Source: Lepidodermella squamata (taxonomy: Eukaryota; Animalia; Gastrotricha). From it: a DNA stretch of 64,000 nucleotides. Below the pieces are notes generated by a model. It saw only the letters and a list, made by a program, of their open reading frames with translations. It ran no database searches and had not been told where the DNA came from. Below, piece after piece: positions 1-14,200 of the stretch. Where the stretch lies: contig JBLDXI010000010.1 in the NCBI GenBank assembly GCA_047495785.1, positions 1,984,001 through 2,048,000 of the forward strand, in the 5' to 3' direction. The number at the start of each line of letters is the position of its first letter. Within the stretch, counting starts at the first letter, position 1. Made by a program: the position numbers and the translations under genes.

Positions 1-5
1 CTCAC

Positions 6-238
6 CGCAGCTTGGCCGCGGTCGGCGTCGCGAGATGTCAAGTAGACGGTCCAGTTAGGGTTCGATTTAAGCAGGCTTTTGACCACGGCGTAGCCGATGC
101 CTTCGTCAGCGCCGGTGACCACAACCACTCGTTCGCCTTGGAACAGCGACTTGGGGTGAAGAATTTTCTGGATAGTCTGGAGAAGATGGAGAAACGGACA
201 TGAAATAGCCTGATTATAACCAAAATACTCACCTCCAT
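6..238 (-). CDS. Short-chain dehydrogenase/reductase, carbonyl reductase (CBR1-like); 5' part only, runs off the window
   Basis: Exons 238-233 (ATG GAG) and 176-6, joined across a GT-AG intron, read METIQKILHPKSLFQGERVVVVTGADEGIGYAVVKSLLKSNPNWTVYLTSRDADRGQAA. This has the TGxxxGIG Rossmann motif and the CBR1-like VxLTxRDxxRGQAA segment. It is not in the ORF track. Confidence 0.8.
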
Positions 239-1055
239 TTCTGTCGTTAGTAAGAGAAATAAATGTTTAAATTGAGATCGAAACTGTGCGAAAAATGTGT
301 TGGTATTGATTTGAATCGAAACCATCTCTTTTATAGGCGCATATTCTGTGCTAATTAATGATTACGATTCTGGTTGTTAGCCATGTTCGTTTTCATTTCG
401 CTTCGTTCGTTTCATTTTCGCCGACTTGTAATGTTTGCATTTTGCAAATCTCTCTTCACAATTGCACAATGTAAAACAAACTCATGTGGCGACAGTTACA
501 TAAAAGTAGTCAGTCTAAAGTCAGGCCTAGTCAATGGTGGCTATAGTCATGCGATCGTGCCGATTGGAAAAACAGCAAAAACATGGGAAAACCTCAAGAA
601 CTTGGGGCATAATATTTCTCTAATTCCCATAGTAGCGCAACCGAACCCACAAAGACTAGTGACCAGGCCCTGAATCAATCGTAAATAGCTGCAAACTTGT
701 GCATTTTTTAATATCGTTTTGTACCTTGATGGAATTAAAGGACTTTCTCAAAGGACGACTTAATAAAAAGACCATGCTGTCGGGAATATCAGCCGGCAAT
801 CAACGAATTTTTCTAGGCTCTAGATGGCAGGTTTAGTTCCATCCTGGCGAGCATAGCGGGATAAACTGCAGCCAGCTTTCGCCCTATTCACGGAAATCTT
901 GTCTGAGCTCTGAGCTTCATGAGCTAAGGAAACCAAAAAAGCTAAATAGAACGTAAAATCTGAATTTTATTTTGTTCATACAATTTAATGAGAAAAGCAA
1001 TAATGATAATATAAGACCAGAAACCTTGGAAGCACACAATAAATTCAAAAGCACA

Positions 1056-2924
1056 CTAGCATGTCGAAATGTTCGGATCAGTCGGCGCCAAGTTCTCCTG
1101 GCCAGGCGCCACCGGGATCAACGACGGCGTAGTCAGCCAATCCGCAGTAAGCACCTTGCTGCAGAAAAACTGCGCCCCCTCGCCGTGCAGGCGAATTTCC
1201 GAAAAATACTTATCCCTAGTTATGGTCCGTTGGGTCGCGACCTCGAGAAAACCGAAAACGGCCGCGCCAAACCACGTTAAATTTTCACTGGGAACCGGCG
1301 ACAGGGCACATTTGAACGACTTTAAGCTGGTTACACTAGCCGGCAACCGACGCCCGTTGATCTCCCCGGTTTTTACCGCATTCTCCAGTTCGGCACATAG
1401 CCGATTACCGAAACCTGGCAATGACACAACACTTCCGACTAGAACAATGCGATCGGCTAGAATTTTCCGAGCATCAATCGGGCACCGATCTAAGGCGTTT
1501 AGAATCAGTTGGGTTATCGACCCAGTGTCCGAATCTGGGTCGAAAAGTGCCTCGCCCAAACTTTCCCGAACCGACCCGGGTACAACCAGAGGCGCGGATC
1601 TCCCGCCGAACGACGACTGGTAAGTCGAATCGCCAGCTTTCGGGCTCGGTTCTTTGCCCTCCTTCCTCAATTTTGCCCGGTCGAATCTATCAATGAAACA
1701 ATGCGTCTTCGAAATTACGTCATCCATGACTGAATCGTCGAGTTCAGCCCGCGGCCAATTGTGGTTTTCGACTAGATTCGACCGTAGATTATCGACAATT
1801 TGGCGATAACCAATCGCGGCTGATTCAACTGATTTGATTAGGGCGACATTTTCGTAGACTGGGATTACGCTGGTTTCAAACGCGTCGCAGTCTACGACAA
1901 GGCCTGACCGCCAACCGAGGCCGAAAAGTGAGAAAAGCGGGCCTGGCGCGACGAAAACTGACGCGACTTGGATATCGGTGAACAGGACGCTGAGTAGCAT
2001 TTTTCTGAACCATAGCGGGAGGAATAGCGGCTCTGAGATGATGACGGTTTTGTCTTTTGGCGTCAGCAGAATATGGCGGATGAACAGGTGGTTGATGAAA
2101 TCGATCAGTACAAATCGCAGCTGCGCTTCGTTGTCAATGTCCAAAATCTAAGCAAAATAGCACAGTTTTAAATGGAGAAAAGTGTCTTACAAGGTTCCAG
2201 CACAAAAATTAAGCGTCTTAGCCTCACGTCGCTCACCGGTACGAATGCTGCTCTCTCCCGTTAGACAATTTACCTCCACCTCTGATTATTTCACGGCAGC
2301 GTGATAGCAAACGTGCTCGCAAACACAACCCCTTGATGTTGACAAAATCAACAACTTCGACCGAGAGCAGGAAACCCGCGCTAAACCAGTGTGTTTCAAG
2401 GGGTCTAAGAGGTTTAAATTTATACACCAGACTTTTCTTTCATCAAAATTGAGAAAACGGGAGTTTTTCTTCCGCGTTAGTTCGGTTTTATGTGCATTTA
2501 TAGACTACTTTCAAATGGTTTCGGGGCATGAAAACCAGCATGCTGTCTAATAACGCTCTTCTGCAGTTAATTATGGTTAAATAATAAGCAGCAAAATGAA
2601 ATTGCTCACATTTTTGGCATTTTCAATCTGGCCGCCAGTTGGGGAGACAACTTTAGTCGGAAACACGCTTCGAGGCTTCGCTTCCCCTGCAAAACCGACC
2701 CTGAACATGAAAATACGAAAAATTAGTTTCGACTTCGTTTATAGCCTTTTGAGCACAAACTTAGTGAATCGATAACCGAGCTCGATGACAACGGTAGTTT
2801 TCTCAGAGAAACTGAATGTTCGCAGGCGCGAGCTCAGGTCTGAAGTCAATGAAGATGAGCCGAACGTCGTACCGCCAATCACCGAACCGGAACTGGAACC
2901 GGTCGACGAAGTGATAACAGACAT
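1056..2924 (-). CDS. ACTR10: Actin-related protein 10 (Arp10/Arp11, dynactin pointed-end subunit), 3 exons
   Basis: Exons are approximately 2924-2761, 2700-2610 and 2147-1056. EKTTVVIELGYRFTK/VGFAGE, FIRHILLTPKDKTVIISE and IPVYE match ACTR10 motifs. Confidence 0.9.
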
Positions 2925-5298
2925 ATAACTTGATCGCAAAACAAAGTCTAAAACGGAAAACATAATAATAATTCATCAGGTAGAATTATTGCTTAAAATT
3001 GTATTAGGCACCAAAATAATTGAAAAATCACAAAAAATGGGAGTCACCGAACAATAGTCATCTTCATTGACTTCAGACCTGAGGTTAAGAAAGTAGCTCG
3101 ACAAACGCACAGTTCATTGCGGATAGCCAGTAATCGTTCACATTTAAAGATACCTAAAAACAATAATTTCGCAATTAGTCTTGATATACTTAACGACTAT
3201 TCAAATTGCGAGGGTCAATATAGCGATGGACGAAACCATCTTTCGAGTAGGTCCGATGTGTTTTCGCTACGTAAGTATCTACCGATTGCCGAATCCGTGA
3301 TTGTAGACTTCAACGATGACAGAGCTCATGTATTCATATTTAACGATCTTGCGGCTTCGTTTCTGAACAAGATTCAAGTCGGTGACATTAGCCCTATAAC
3401 GGCTGTGAATTTCTGTACGTTTCGATGAGTCATTCACTGACAAAATCATGGAAAATCTGGTGCCGCTTGCTATTGCGGCGTCTATCAAACTTAACGACTA
3501 CGAACACGATTCTGTTTTCGCCCAGTCGCTGCATGGCTTATCGCTGCCTCGGATTCCCGAAACGAGTTTACGGTCCTGCCTGGCTGGCCACAACGACCTT
3601 TGTCAGAATTATACATAATTCGGTAGACACTCTGAATGCTGTCTTCAATTTATCAGCAGTAGACTATGATTCGTTCAATAACTAGTATATCAAGTCATTT
3701 GATTGGTTCCAAGTTTTTCATGGATGTGACGTGGATCTGATTTACACGCCCTTTCTTCCTCTTTTTGGAGGTTATTCACACAGCTGGCTTCACCGACGAG
3801 TGCTTACAACAGAAGTGGGTTGCTCTTGCAATGGATGGCGTGTTTCGATGGGTGCGAAAAACGGCGTTGGTGAGCCAATTTTACGGAATGAAATTTAATT
3901 GCTACGTGTTTCTTGCACGTCAGGGGCGAGCGATTCTGAGGCGAAAGTTTCGCAGGCTCATCGTGTTTCACTGCCTTGACACATTTTGTTGAAGATGCCA
4001 GTTGAAAAAAACTTGTAATTTTTTAATCAGATGTTTTCTCGCCCCCTACCGCTCAGTTCAAGTCGGACCACTGCGTAATTAATTGCCCGTTTCATGACAT
4101 TCACAGTTAACGATAAAATCGCTGAGCAGAGGTTTCTCATGTAAACTCGGAACCAAACAAAATTGAGATGGCAAGTACTGAGTATAAGAGGTTCTATACG
4201 TCCTTGTTGCAAACAATTTTCCTTTCTTGCTGTGATTGGCCGAATAAAATGCCTCGTCGTCGCAAAACTACCTTCTCCATTCATCATTTTTCCTGAATAT
4301 ACTTCGTGAATTAAAGGATTGAGTGAATTATTTGCGTCTTGGCCTCTGATGAATTTAGTTGTACTCATTTTGCTTCAATAATTAAAATTATAGCAATACC
4401 TCGTTGTTATCGATCAGATACAGCTTGAGAACGCCACAGGAGTTATCACCATTTCAACTGTTAAGCCCGAGCTGGAACATCGCTATCATTTGAATCAAAC
4501 AACAAAAGGCCTAGAGAACACAAAGTTGAATAATACAAGCAGTTAAAACCAAAGTTTCTTCGAATTTATTCTCCAGTAACACGAAACACGTTTTATCTTG
4601 TATAACTGTTTTCTAGATTTCAGCAACGATAGGAAGCTCATTTTTATTGTTTCAAATCAGCAGAGAATTACGCGATTTCAGCACAGCGAGCAGAAAAAAT
4701 ACGCAAAAAACACATGCATCAATATAATATGTAATAGCAGTCACCATTTAGTTTTATAGCTTTATCATAATTTAGTCAATATTAGTAAAATCATCCGAGT
4801 TTTTTCAGTTCATCGACCCATAATAAACGCACCCGACATCAAATATACCAGCAAATGAACCAGGAATAAGCCACACGTATTCAACAACCGCGAGAAAAAT
4901 CACACGTCAATTTTTCACATTCAAAAATGGGAAAAATCCCGATCCGGGAAGAAGAAAATACCGCACAGTTCAACGGAAGCAGTCCATAATATATGATAAT
5001 CGGGAAAAATCATCGCAACATTGCAAAATTCACGATAAATTAATCGAGGAAAATCGCGAAAATTTGACCCATAAAACGCTTTGGCCGAATACAATCTTTA
5101 AAACACGAAAATGCCTCACAAATACTGAGGAAATGTCAACCTTTTCATTATTGAATTTTCAAAGTTTCAACAATTTCAACTCAATTTTTGTGGGGCATTT
5201 CAAGGGTTGTTAAAACCGAGTTTTTACATGAGCATGAATTTCCAGCGAAAACGTGAAATATATAAAATCGAGATTGTTTAGTTTTTATTTGTTAGTCA

Positions 5299-8200
5299 TC
5301 ACTGCGAGCCCTCACGAGATGGCGGCGGCGGCGGCTCTCGGTGCGACGAGGCCTGGGGCGGGGTCGGGTACTCGAACCGGGTGACGCCCACCCCGGGTCC
5401 GGTACTAGGACCCGCTGAAGTCGGGCCGCTAGTCGAGGCAGAATACGGTGGGAGCGGCGGTAGAGATCGCGGGGGTAAGGCCGGAGGGGCATTCGAACCA
5501 GCACTCGAACTCGAGTAGCCACTAGAAGCCGAATTTGTCGAAAACGAGGGCGAGGGTAGTGGCCTTGAAGGTAGACCCGGCGGCGGAGGTGGTAGCAGAG
5601 AACTCGCCCCGGCGTGGTCGGCCGGTCTCGGCGGTAACGGCGGCGGGATTTGCCCCGACGGATTTGACGGCGGCAGTTGCGCGAAAAAGTGTTGCAAATG
5701 GCCGATGGAGGCCGAGGAGGGCGGAGTCGGGAATGTGCTGGGGGTGCTGGGCAGCGAGCTGGCGGATGAGGGCCCGCGCGAGTCGGTCGACGAGTCGTGG
5801 TCTTGGTGGTTGAAAGACGCGGCCGGTGCGAGGACTAACGGCACGGCTCGAGCGGCCCGGCGCGTAGCACTGCCCGGGGCTTTGACTGGGTTCGCCAGGT
5901 TCGAGTTGCTGCTCGTGTTCGAGCTGTTACTCGCCAGGGTGTCTCGACTCGCCCGGCGGCCGTTCGTCGCGGCTGCGGCTTGAACGGCTAAAAAATCAAA
6001 GCGAGAAATTATTTTTTCTAGATTTTTTACAGCCAACCAAAAATCAAAAATTTTAATATAAAATGTTGTGTATAAAAATTCAAATATGATAATTTCAGCA
6101 AATATTATAAAAATTAATTTTGAGAATTTTCCAAAAAATTTTGGAATTCGAGTTTGAAGGAATTTGTTTAATTGTTGTCATTTGCTAATGATAGAATTTT
6201 ATACCTGAAATCGCCGGTGGTGCAGCGAGCGGGAAGTCGAATTTGCGCGGGAAAACCGGCGGGCTGCTCGGGTTACCCCTCTGCCGAGGTTCAATTTCAT
6301 ACGACAATTGGTACAGCAACTCATCGAAATCGTCACGTGACATTTCCCGGTCACCTCGCGCGTCCAACCGCTCGAAAAACGCACAAATCTCAGGCTCGAC
6401 CTCCAAGTTGTACGGCGTGTTCTGGTACTGTTGAATCTCCGTCACAAAGTCAGCAGTTCGCCGCCATTTCGTAAAATTTATCACCGGCTTCTCAGCACCT
6501 AAAAAAATGAATTCATCAAATATTATAAAAACTACAATTAATCAAGGAAACTCAATTTTTAAATATTTGTTTAAATAATTGAATATTTTCTTAATTTTGC
6601 AAATTTAAAATTTAAAATTTTTTAATTCAATTTCATTTTAATTTATTTTATTCCTCCATTTGAAAAGCTTACCTTTATCAGTGAGATAATCCCGATTTCC
6701 CTCGTCGACGTGCAGCAACCGTGACAGCCACATTCCAAGAAAAGGCACACAGGGCGGGTTGCACATGCGCAACTTCTGCGCATAGATGCGGTTATGATTC
6801 TCGCCCAGGGCCATCGCCTCCTCGATCAGCGCCCATTTCTCCTTCGCAATCGCCTCCTTCGTCAACGCCAGCCGGCCGACACAGCCGGACGAAAACGTCG
6901 AGGCAACGCAGAATTGCCCGCTGAAATTGTTCAAACGCCGAAATTCGGCTAGAATATCAGCGATCCGCTCGCACACCGCAACCCGCTCCTCCAAATTTTT
7001 CGTCTCAACTATATTTCGCTCGAACCAAAACGTCAGTTCGTTGTGAAATTCAATCGCCTTCATGACGTTGGGCGAATTTTCGTACTTGGCCGCTTTTGTC
7101 CAGGCGGTTGCGATGAGCTCGCAAGGGCGAATTTTCGAGTAAGCGGCAAATTCTAGCAAGGTGACTTGCCGAGCCAGCTCTGCCGGGTGCATGGTCATGA
7201 GGCCGAGGGGCCGGTCTTTCAAATGGTACAAAATAGCGGGAGGGTCTTCGTCGAAAACAACGAGCCGGGTCGTCGCTTCTTCGCCGATTTTTTCTATGTG
7301 CGACAACAGGCGTGAGACCCATCGGCGCAGGTGAGGCGCCCGGATGGCTTTGATGAAGTCGACGAGGTCCTGGCGCAGTTGCGGGTCGTCCGAAAAATCG
7401 TAGGAGTGGTTCAAAATCCAGTGGCGGATGAAATTGAGCACTCTAAAAAGATGAATTCCATATTACTATTCAACCATTTTTGAAATCTCAAAGAATTAGA
7501 AACTAGTTCAAAATTTGAAATTAATAAATAGTGATTTCAAGCCATTGAACACCATTTTTCGATTATTTTCGGAATTTTAGGTCATCTCCTGCAATGGCTC
7601 ACTCAGCAGTAACAGTTACTTTTGGCGAGTCAAATTAGGGGCGCTGCATTAAAATAAACAGTTCTGCAGAGAGTCTTTTGAAAAGCGAAAATCTATTCTG
7701 ATTTTTCGAAACTTTTTCAAGGCCTTTTTGGCACGACGGTGATCATTTTGTCATAATTGGTGACGACGATGACCTCCTGCTTGCATTTCGATTGAACGCG
7801 GGGCCTTTGCATGTTACTGTCTATTTTGGAAAATATCTCGAGGATCTGATGGCATTAAAACCGTCCTAGTCCCAAAAGGTCGAGGATTTGCCAAGAATGA
7901 TTTCAGGCATTTATGAAAATCCCCTCTTCTCATTACTCTTTCTCATTACTACCAAACTCGTTGAACAGCCCGCTATCAGTATCAAAGCTGAAATCTAAGC
8001 GCCGAAGATATGACCTCTTCAACCAAATATATGTCGTGAAGGGCTGGTGCAAGCCCATTATTCGAAGAGGCTTGTCATTCTCTATAACGTCGATCACGTC
8101 GATTTCCATGGCCACCGCCCCATCGACCGCGGTACATGGGTGCGAGATGGGAAAATACCGAATTTCGCTACAAGCCGAATCGGCCTATAAACATCAAGAA

Positions 8201-11200
8201 TATGGCGGCGGTTATAAATTGACAGGAAATGTTATCGGGCCGAGTTTACACACATTTTCTCAAGTAGAATAACTCTATATACATCTTGGCTTGTTCTCGA
8301 AAAAATGGAGCGTCAAAATATTTCCGTCTATCCAATAAACAGCCACAACGAGGTGTTTGTAGCGGCCCGTGATGCACAACGGTTCTAAATATGCTGAATT
8401 CCTTTCACTTGTTCACCTTGTTTTCTGTAGATTAATGTAACCAAAGAAGCCAGCAATAGTTATACTGGTCGGCCAACTGACTATACTAGCGGAGATCAAG
8501 CAAAGGTGCTGCTGGCTCAAGTAGCTCTAGAAAGATATGATTTCCCAGCTAGGGCCTGCTGCTCGGGCATATCAACAACACCAGTTTGCAGCTCGGCAGG
8601 CAGCAGCATTAGTGGCCAATGCCTCACGAAAACGAAAAATCGAGTGTAGATACGTCGCTCTACGCCTTGGTGAATATTACTACCACGGAAACAATGTACT
8701 ATGCTTCGCCAATATGCTGTTACTGTTATCTAGCGAATCGCGAATTTCAGTGCTTTAGAGCCTCACGCAAAGTGTAAACAATATGATTGATGAACTTGAA
8801 TTATCATATTGATGAACGAATAAATGAATTCGGTTCAAATGTGCAGCTTGAATTCGCTCCAACTCAAGAATTGGTCCAAGAGCCATAAGGCTGTGTCCGA
8901 AAGCGAAAATGAGCCTTACGTTATCGATTACTCCATCGAAGAAGACAGCGAACCCACCCAGCAAGGCCCCTGCATTCACTCCACCATCGTCATCATCGTT
9001 TCGCTGAGTGGTCCAGGCCGCCCAGCACTCCTAAGTCGAGCTGAAAGGCCGGGCCTGTATTGGAGGTTTCAGGATCGTCAAACTTCGAAATCAACTCCGA
9101 TGCTGCCGATGTAGCTCGTCGAGTTCGCCGAGGCGCAAAAACGCAAAGCTTTTCGCAATTTGAGTAACTAAACGTGTCGACTAAACTTGTTCTGACTTAA
9201 TTAAACTAATTTTATTATGCTGTTAATGTGTGCGTTCCTCACTTGTAATAGCTCTAGCGGCTTGCAAATAATCTAAATAATAGTAGTTCAGACAATGCCG
9301 GGTAAGGAATAATTTGCTGAAGGTTAAAATATTTCTAATATTTTATATATTTTATATATTTATATATTATATATATATTTCAAATTTCTAAATTTGAATT
9401 AATTCTCACGTAAATGAACCCCTTCTTACCTGAATTGCACTGGTTTGACGTATTCCTTGCGAAATTTGCGAATCTCGGCAATCTGCCGCCGCTCATCGTC
9501 CGACTCGAAAAAGCCCTGCGACACCGACTCCTGCTCGCTGGAATTGACAAATTCCGGCACATTGAACCGGTCGATGAGCAACCGCAACAGATCACGCGGT
9601 TTACAAAACGAGCGGTACGTCGTCGCGAACGCTTTCATAAATTTCGTATCAGAATAATCGTGATAAGTCAGCCGTTCGATGAGTTTAATCAGCGTCGCGC
9701 CTTTAATGACCGGCGGGCCGTTGAATGACACTGAAACCGCGCCATTTTCCGGTGAAATTTCGTCGAAAATAATATTTTCCCTACTATCAGGCTCGGAAAA
9801 TTTGTAACTACTAGGGATGAGTTGTAAATTTAGTGGTTCGTTCAAAATCGTGTCCAAAACTCGGTCGATCGAAGGTTTCGATAACAGCCACAGCAAATTG
9901 TATAGCCATTGTTGTTTTTCGTGTTGAGACGAAGTTAGTAGGATAAACGACCCCTTTGAATGGCCGACAGATAGCAGCGAGTTCATGGTTGATGAAGAGG
10001 ACACGGATGAGGCGAGGGATATCGTGTCTGACGTTGAGTCTGTCATGGCGGTTGGCGAGGCGGAAGAGCCGGACGACGATTCGGATATCGAGTAGTTTTC
10101 GACTTGAAACGCATTCGCGTACTCGGCACAATCGGCGAGATCAACCAGGCGAACGTTCGCATTTCGAAGCGTCAGTTTTTCTTTAACCTGAAAATAGCAA
10201 AAATCATCAAATTTTCATTACAAATTTTGTTATAAAAAGTTAACAAATAAAATAAAATATGTTTCTCGAAGTTGAAATTCATTTTTTGACAGTTCCATGA
10301 CAAAACAATAGACCACCCGCTTATATTATGCCCTCTAGCCTTACATTTTCGGTCTAATGAAAATTCAAAACTTTTTTCGAGTACACTTTTCGAGTCACTT
10401 TTCGAATAATTTTAGGAATTTGAGGCAAAGCTTGATTTCAGGATTGAACACTACGTCTCAGGCAGAAAGTTACGCTGAATTCAATGAATATTCATTTAGA
10501 ATTATATTGGTCAGCATTAGGACCCTTAAGGTTCCCAAAGAGTGGCTTCAGGCCCATTGAACATTCCAAACTTTGGTTCCGCTGAAGCAGATTAGGTTCC
10601 GCTTACCGCACATTTGGTTCATGTAAAAGGAGGACCCATTTAAAAAATTTGAACAAAACACTGACTCGAAGCAAAAATTCGAGGATAGGCTCGAATATTT
10701 TCCCAGTTAGTAGTTGATTTTACGCTATTTTACCTTGTAAGTATAGCCCAGATTAGCCGGCGTGGCCGAGGCTCCAGAAACCGAACTGAGTCGTGCGATG
10801 CCCGACCGTGAAATCGACCCGGAGCCGCTTGCAACAGGCGAGCGTTTACACAACAGCAGCAGCGTATCAAACAGCAGGACATACCGCTCGGACGGTGGCC
10901 GTCGCGATCGATCAGCATGATGCTTGAAAACCGGACCCTCATGCACGAGCTCCGTACAACAATTCTCCAACGGCTTGTCCCTGCTCCACGATTCCAGTTG
11001 CTTACCCAATTTCGCAACTTCTTCCAACGCTTCTTGCCTCGTTTTTTTGCGGGGTCGCTGCAAAATTTTCTGGTACGGATTGAGCCGAGCCCGAAGTGGG
11101 TGTAGCACTGAAATAGCTTGATGCAGGAGATTTCGATCTTCCGGCGTGTTTTGAACACCCTCCGCCGGCTCTTCTGAACTCAATTTCTCCAAATGATCAA

Positions 11201-14200
11201 AAAACTGCCAAACATGCTGTAGTGGCCGTATGAGCAGCTTCGGCAGCACATACCGGCAGCAATCCGCGTAATTTCGAATTCGATTACTAAAATTCGACCC
11301 AACTTCTAATCGCTGATAATTTTCGGATTTAGCCAGAAAACTCAGGAGTAAATTCAGCGAGGCTGGCGATAGCACTGTCTCGGCATAGGTTCGATACGCG
11401 TCTAGAACAGCCTCGCCCGCCAGCTCGAGCAGCGCCTCGCCTATCAGTGGCGTATTCGACTCTTCAGCGGCTTCGATCGTGTCTTCAAGGGTCGACAGCA
11501 CGGTATCAGCCGCGGCTAGCACTTCGTCGATGTTGCCGAAAATCGCTTCGATCGATTTCGGGTCATTTGCGATGACGCTGATTGGCTGTTTGAACAGCCG
11601 GATTGTTGTGTGAAGATCGCGCACGTTCGTATTTTCTTCCGTGTACAGCCGGCGCACTTGTTCAGCGTAGTCCAACTGCGGTTCATACGATTGACATTGA
11701 CCTAAAAATAAAATAAGGAACATTATAGGAAATCCGGATTTTTAATCTCAAAAATCGTTATTAAATTCAATATCATCAAATTAAATCAAATTAAATCAAA
11801 TCTCGAAATTTCTTGCGGGTCAAGATTGTTGACAATAATTATAAAAAAAACCACCAATAAATTCAGCGTAAGATTCTCTCTAAGACAGAGTGTTCAATTC
11901 AGAATTCATGGTAAGCCTAAAATTCATAGAAATTTTCAAAAAATTAATTTTTGCATATTGCAAATTTGGTTCCGCTACAGCAAATTAGGTTCCGATCACC
12001 GTAAATTTGGTTCCGCTATAAGATATTCTGTTAAATAAATTCTCTCGCTAGAATTTAGGATTCATATAAAAATCAAGTTTTCAGATTTAAAAACGCAACT
12101 TGCAAATTTTGAATTAATGATAATTTTCAACCTTGTCCCGGAGTCATAGTGACCATAGAAATCGTGTCGCATAGCGTGCTCGGGCCAATCGTCGGTATTG
12201 ATACCACGGATGAGTTGTCCTCGTTCAACAGCAAATTCTCCGGCGACGTGTCATCTTCCGACTGCGATCGTGATTTGCCTTGAATCAACGCTGCGCTGTC
12301 GGCACTCGCGAAGATAGACAAGAAACACCGATCGGCTGATATCGCTGTTTTCACCTCCGATTCGCCAATCACTTCAACGGCGAGTTCGATAACGTATCGC
12401 CGCGCGAATACCAAAATATCCGAGACAATTACCTAGATATTAAAAATTAAAATATTAAAATCAAAGTTGTGTAATGTGTTGCGGTTGAAGCCGAATTTTG
12501 AAAAATGCGCTGTTTTTGTTGGTTAATAAAAATAATTTCGATGTAAATCAGATCCTGCGGTTAGACAGGTTAACACTATTCATCTCTTTCCTAGCGTTTA
12601 CGACGGTGAAGTAATCGGTCTAGTCTCTTCTATTCATTGGCTGACCAGGATATCGGCTTTGCATGTCTCAACGCAGCCCAGAAATTCAGACAGGAGACGC
12701 GTCCCTCTTTAAAGACTCCTTTAAACAAATCTCTGGCTGAAAGAGGATGGTAGTTTTGCTCGAATGATGGCCCCATTCAATTATTCATGTCCTTAGTTAT
12801 TTTAGTTGCGTTGCTTTTGTTTACAACGAAAATAAGCAGTATACAGCAATTTATTCATATTCAACATTTCACTGAGTTTCATCAGGATTGCATTGTGGAC
12901 TCGGTAGAAAAATTAATCAAATAATTCTTAATTTCGATATTCCTATTTCCTATTGATACAACTCTGTTTTTGCGCATGTATTTCGACGGCACACTAATAA
13001 AACGCTACTGGCTTAGCCGTCTGGTGTGCGACAAAACGTCTTCTTTGCCCTAGAGATCGATATGCTGTTAACTTTAACCGACTTTTTAACCGATCTATGT
13101 ATCGGCCTCTACACGTGGAAAATGCTTCTCTGGCTGATCTCTGATTCTGCCATCTAATTATCAAAGTGTTGTAAAATCTAACGAAAATCCGGATCTTCTA
13201 CTGAATCGACGTGACGTCGATGGAAAAACTTGAATTTATAATTTTAAGGTGGTTTTTCGGCCGCTTGAGGAGAAGCGAATGACAATTACAGTGAACAAGC
13301 CTGATCTCACCGATGATCGTATTATAGCCGAAAGATGCGCGAACTTTACAACCCAATTTATCGAGGATCTATACTACCTGTCGGCTCGAACAATGGATCG
13401 CAAGTCATCGCAATGGACCCTTTTGAAGCAGCGCTAAATAATTTCGATGTCTGTTATCGCTATAGCATAACAGTCAATACGCCGTCGCCGCAGATTGTGT
13501 CCAATCTTGGCGTAACGTCCGATCGCGCGAGCACAAACGTGCCCACTACGATCCAACTAACGGAAGCCGGAGCTACGAAACGCCGTAGTACAGATGCTGT
13601 CAACAACGACTATAACCAGAAGCAACAGCGAACCGAAAAACTCGACTGTGCAGTGGAGCCTGAAAATGACAGTCCCGATTTGCTGAACATTTCGTCCCAT
13701 GTTTTGTTCAACAACTTCTTAACCCTAGAAATCAAAGAAACTCTTGAGAATCGTTCAGTTGTCATAGCTATATGGCAGTTTGCAACCATCACGCTCAACT
13801 CTCGTTACAGAATTTGGTCATGACTGGCCGGCCTGGTGCTTATTCTTCTCGGCCCATTGATCGCAAACCAGGGGGCTGTCTGGGCCTAATAACTTCAGTC
13901 ATATCATTTTTGTTCATCGTTTGGAAATTTTCCTCTTCAGTGTTGAAAAAGTCACCCATCATTCTGGCAGGCACCTTATTAATAACATGGCTAATATTTC
14001 CATTCCTTATTTGAATAGGCTTTATTGTTAATTGACATGGAGCAATTTTTAGCCGGTTTGCTTTCCGGCGCTGCCTTCACTGCTGCTGCTACGGGTGCAT
14101 ACCACTTAATATCGCGACATCGCCGGGCTGGCAACGACAACGCCGTGGAACTGGGGCAACTTCTGAACACCACTACTGTCAGCTCGACGGCGTCGACCGC

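Noticed and set aside
522-672. Small CAGG...CCTG element
   Set aside because: Only short imperfect inverted ends and no matching TSD.
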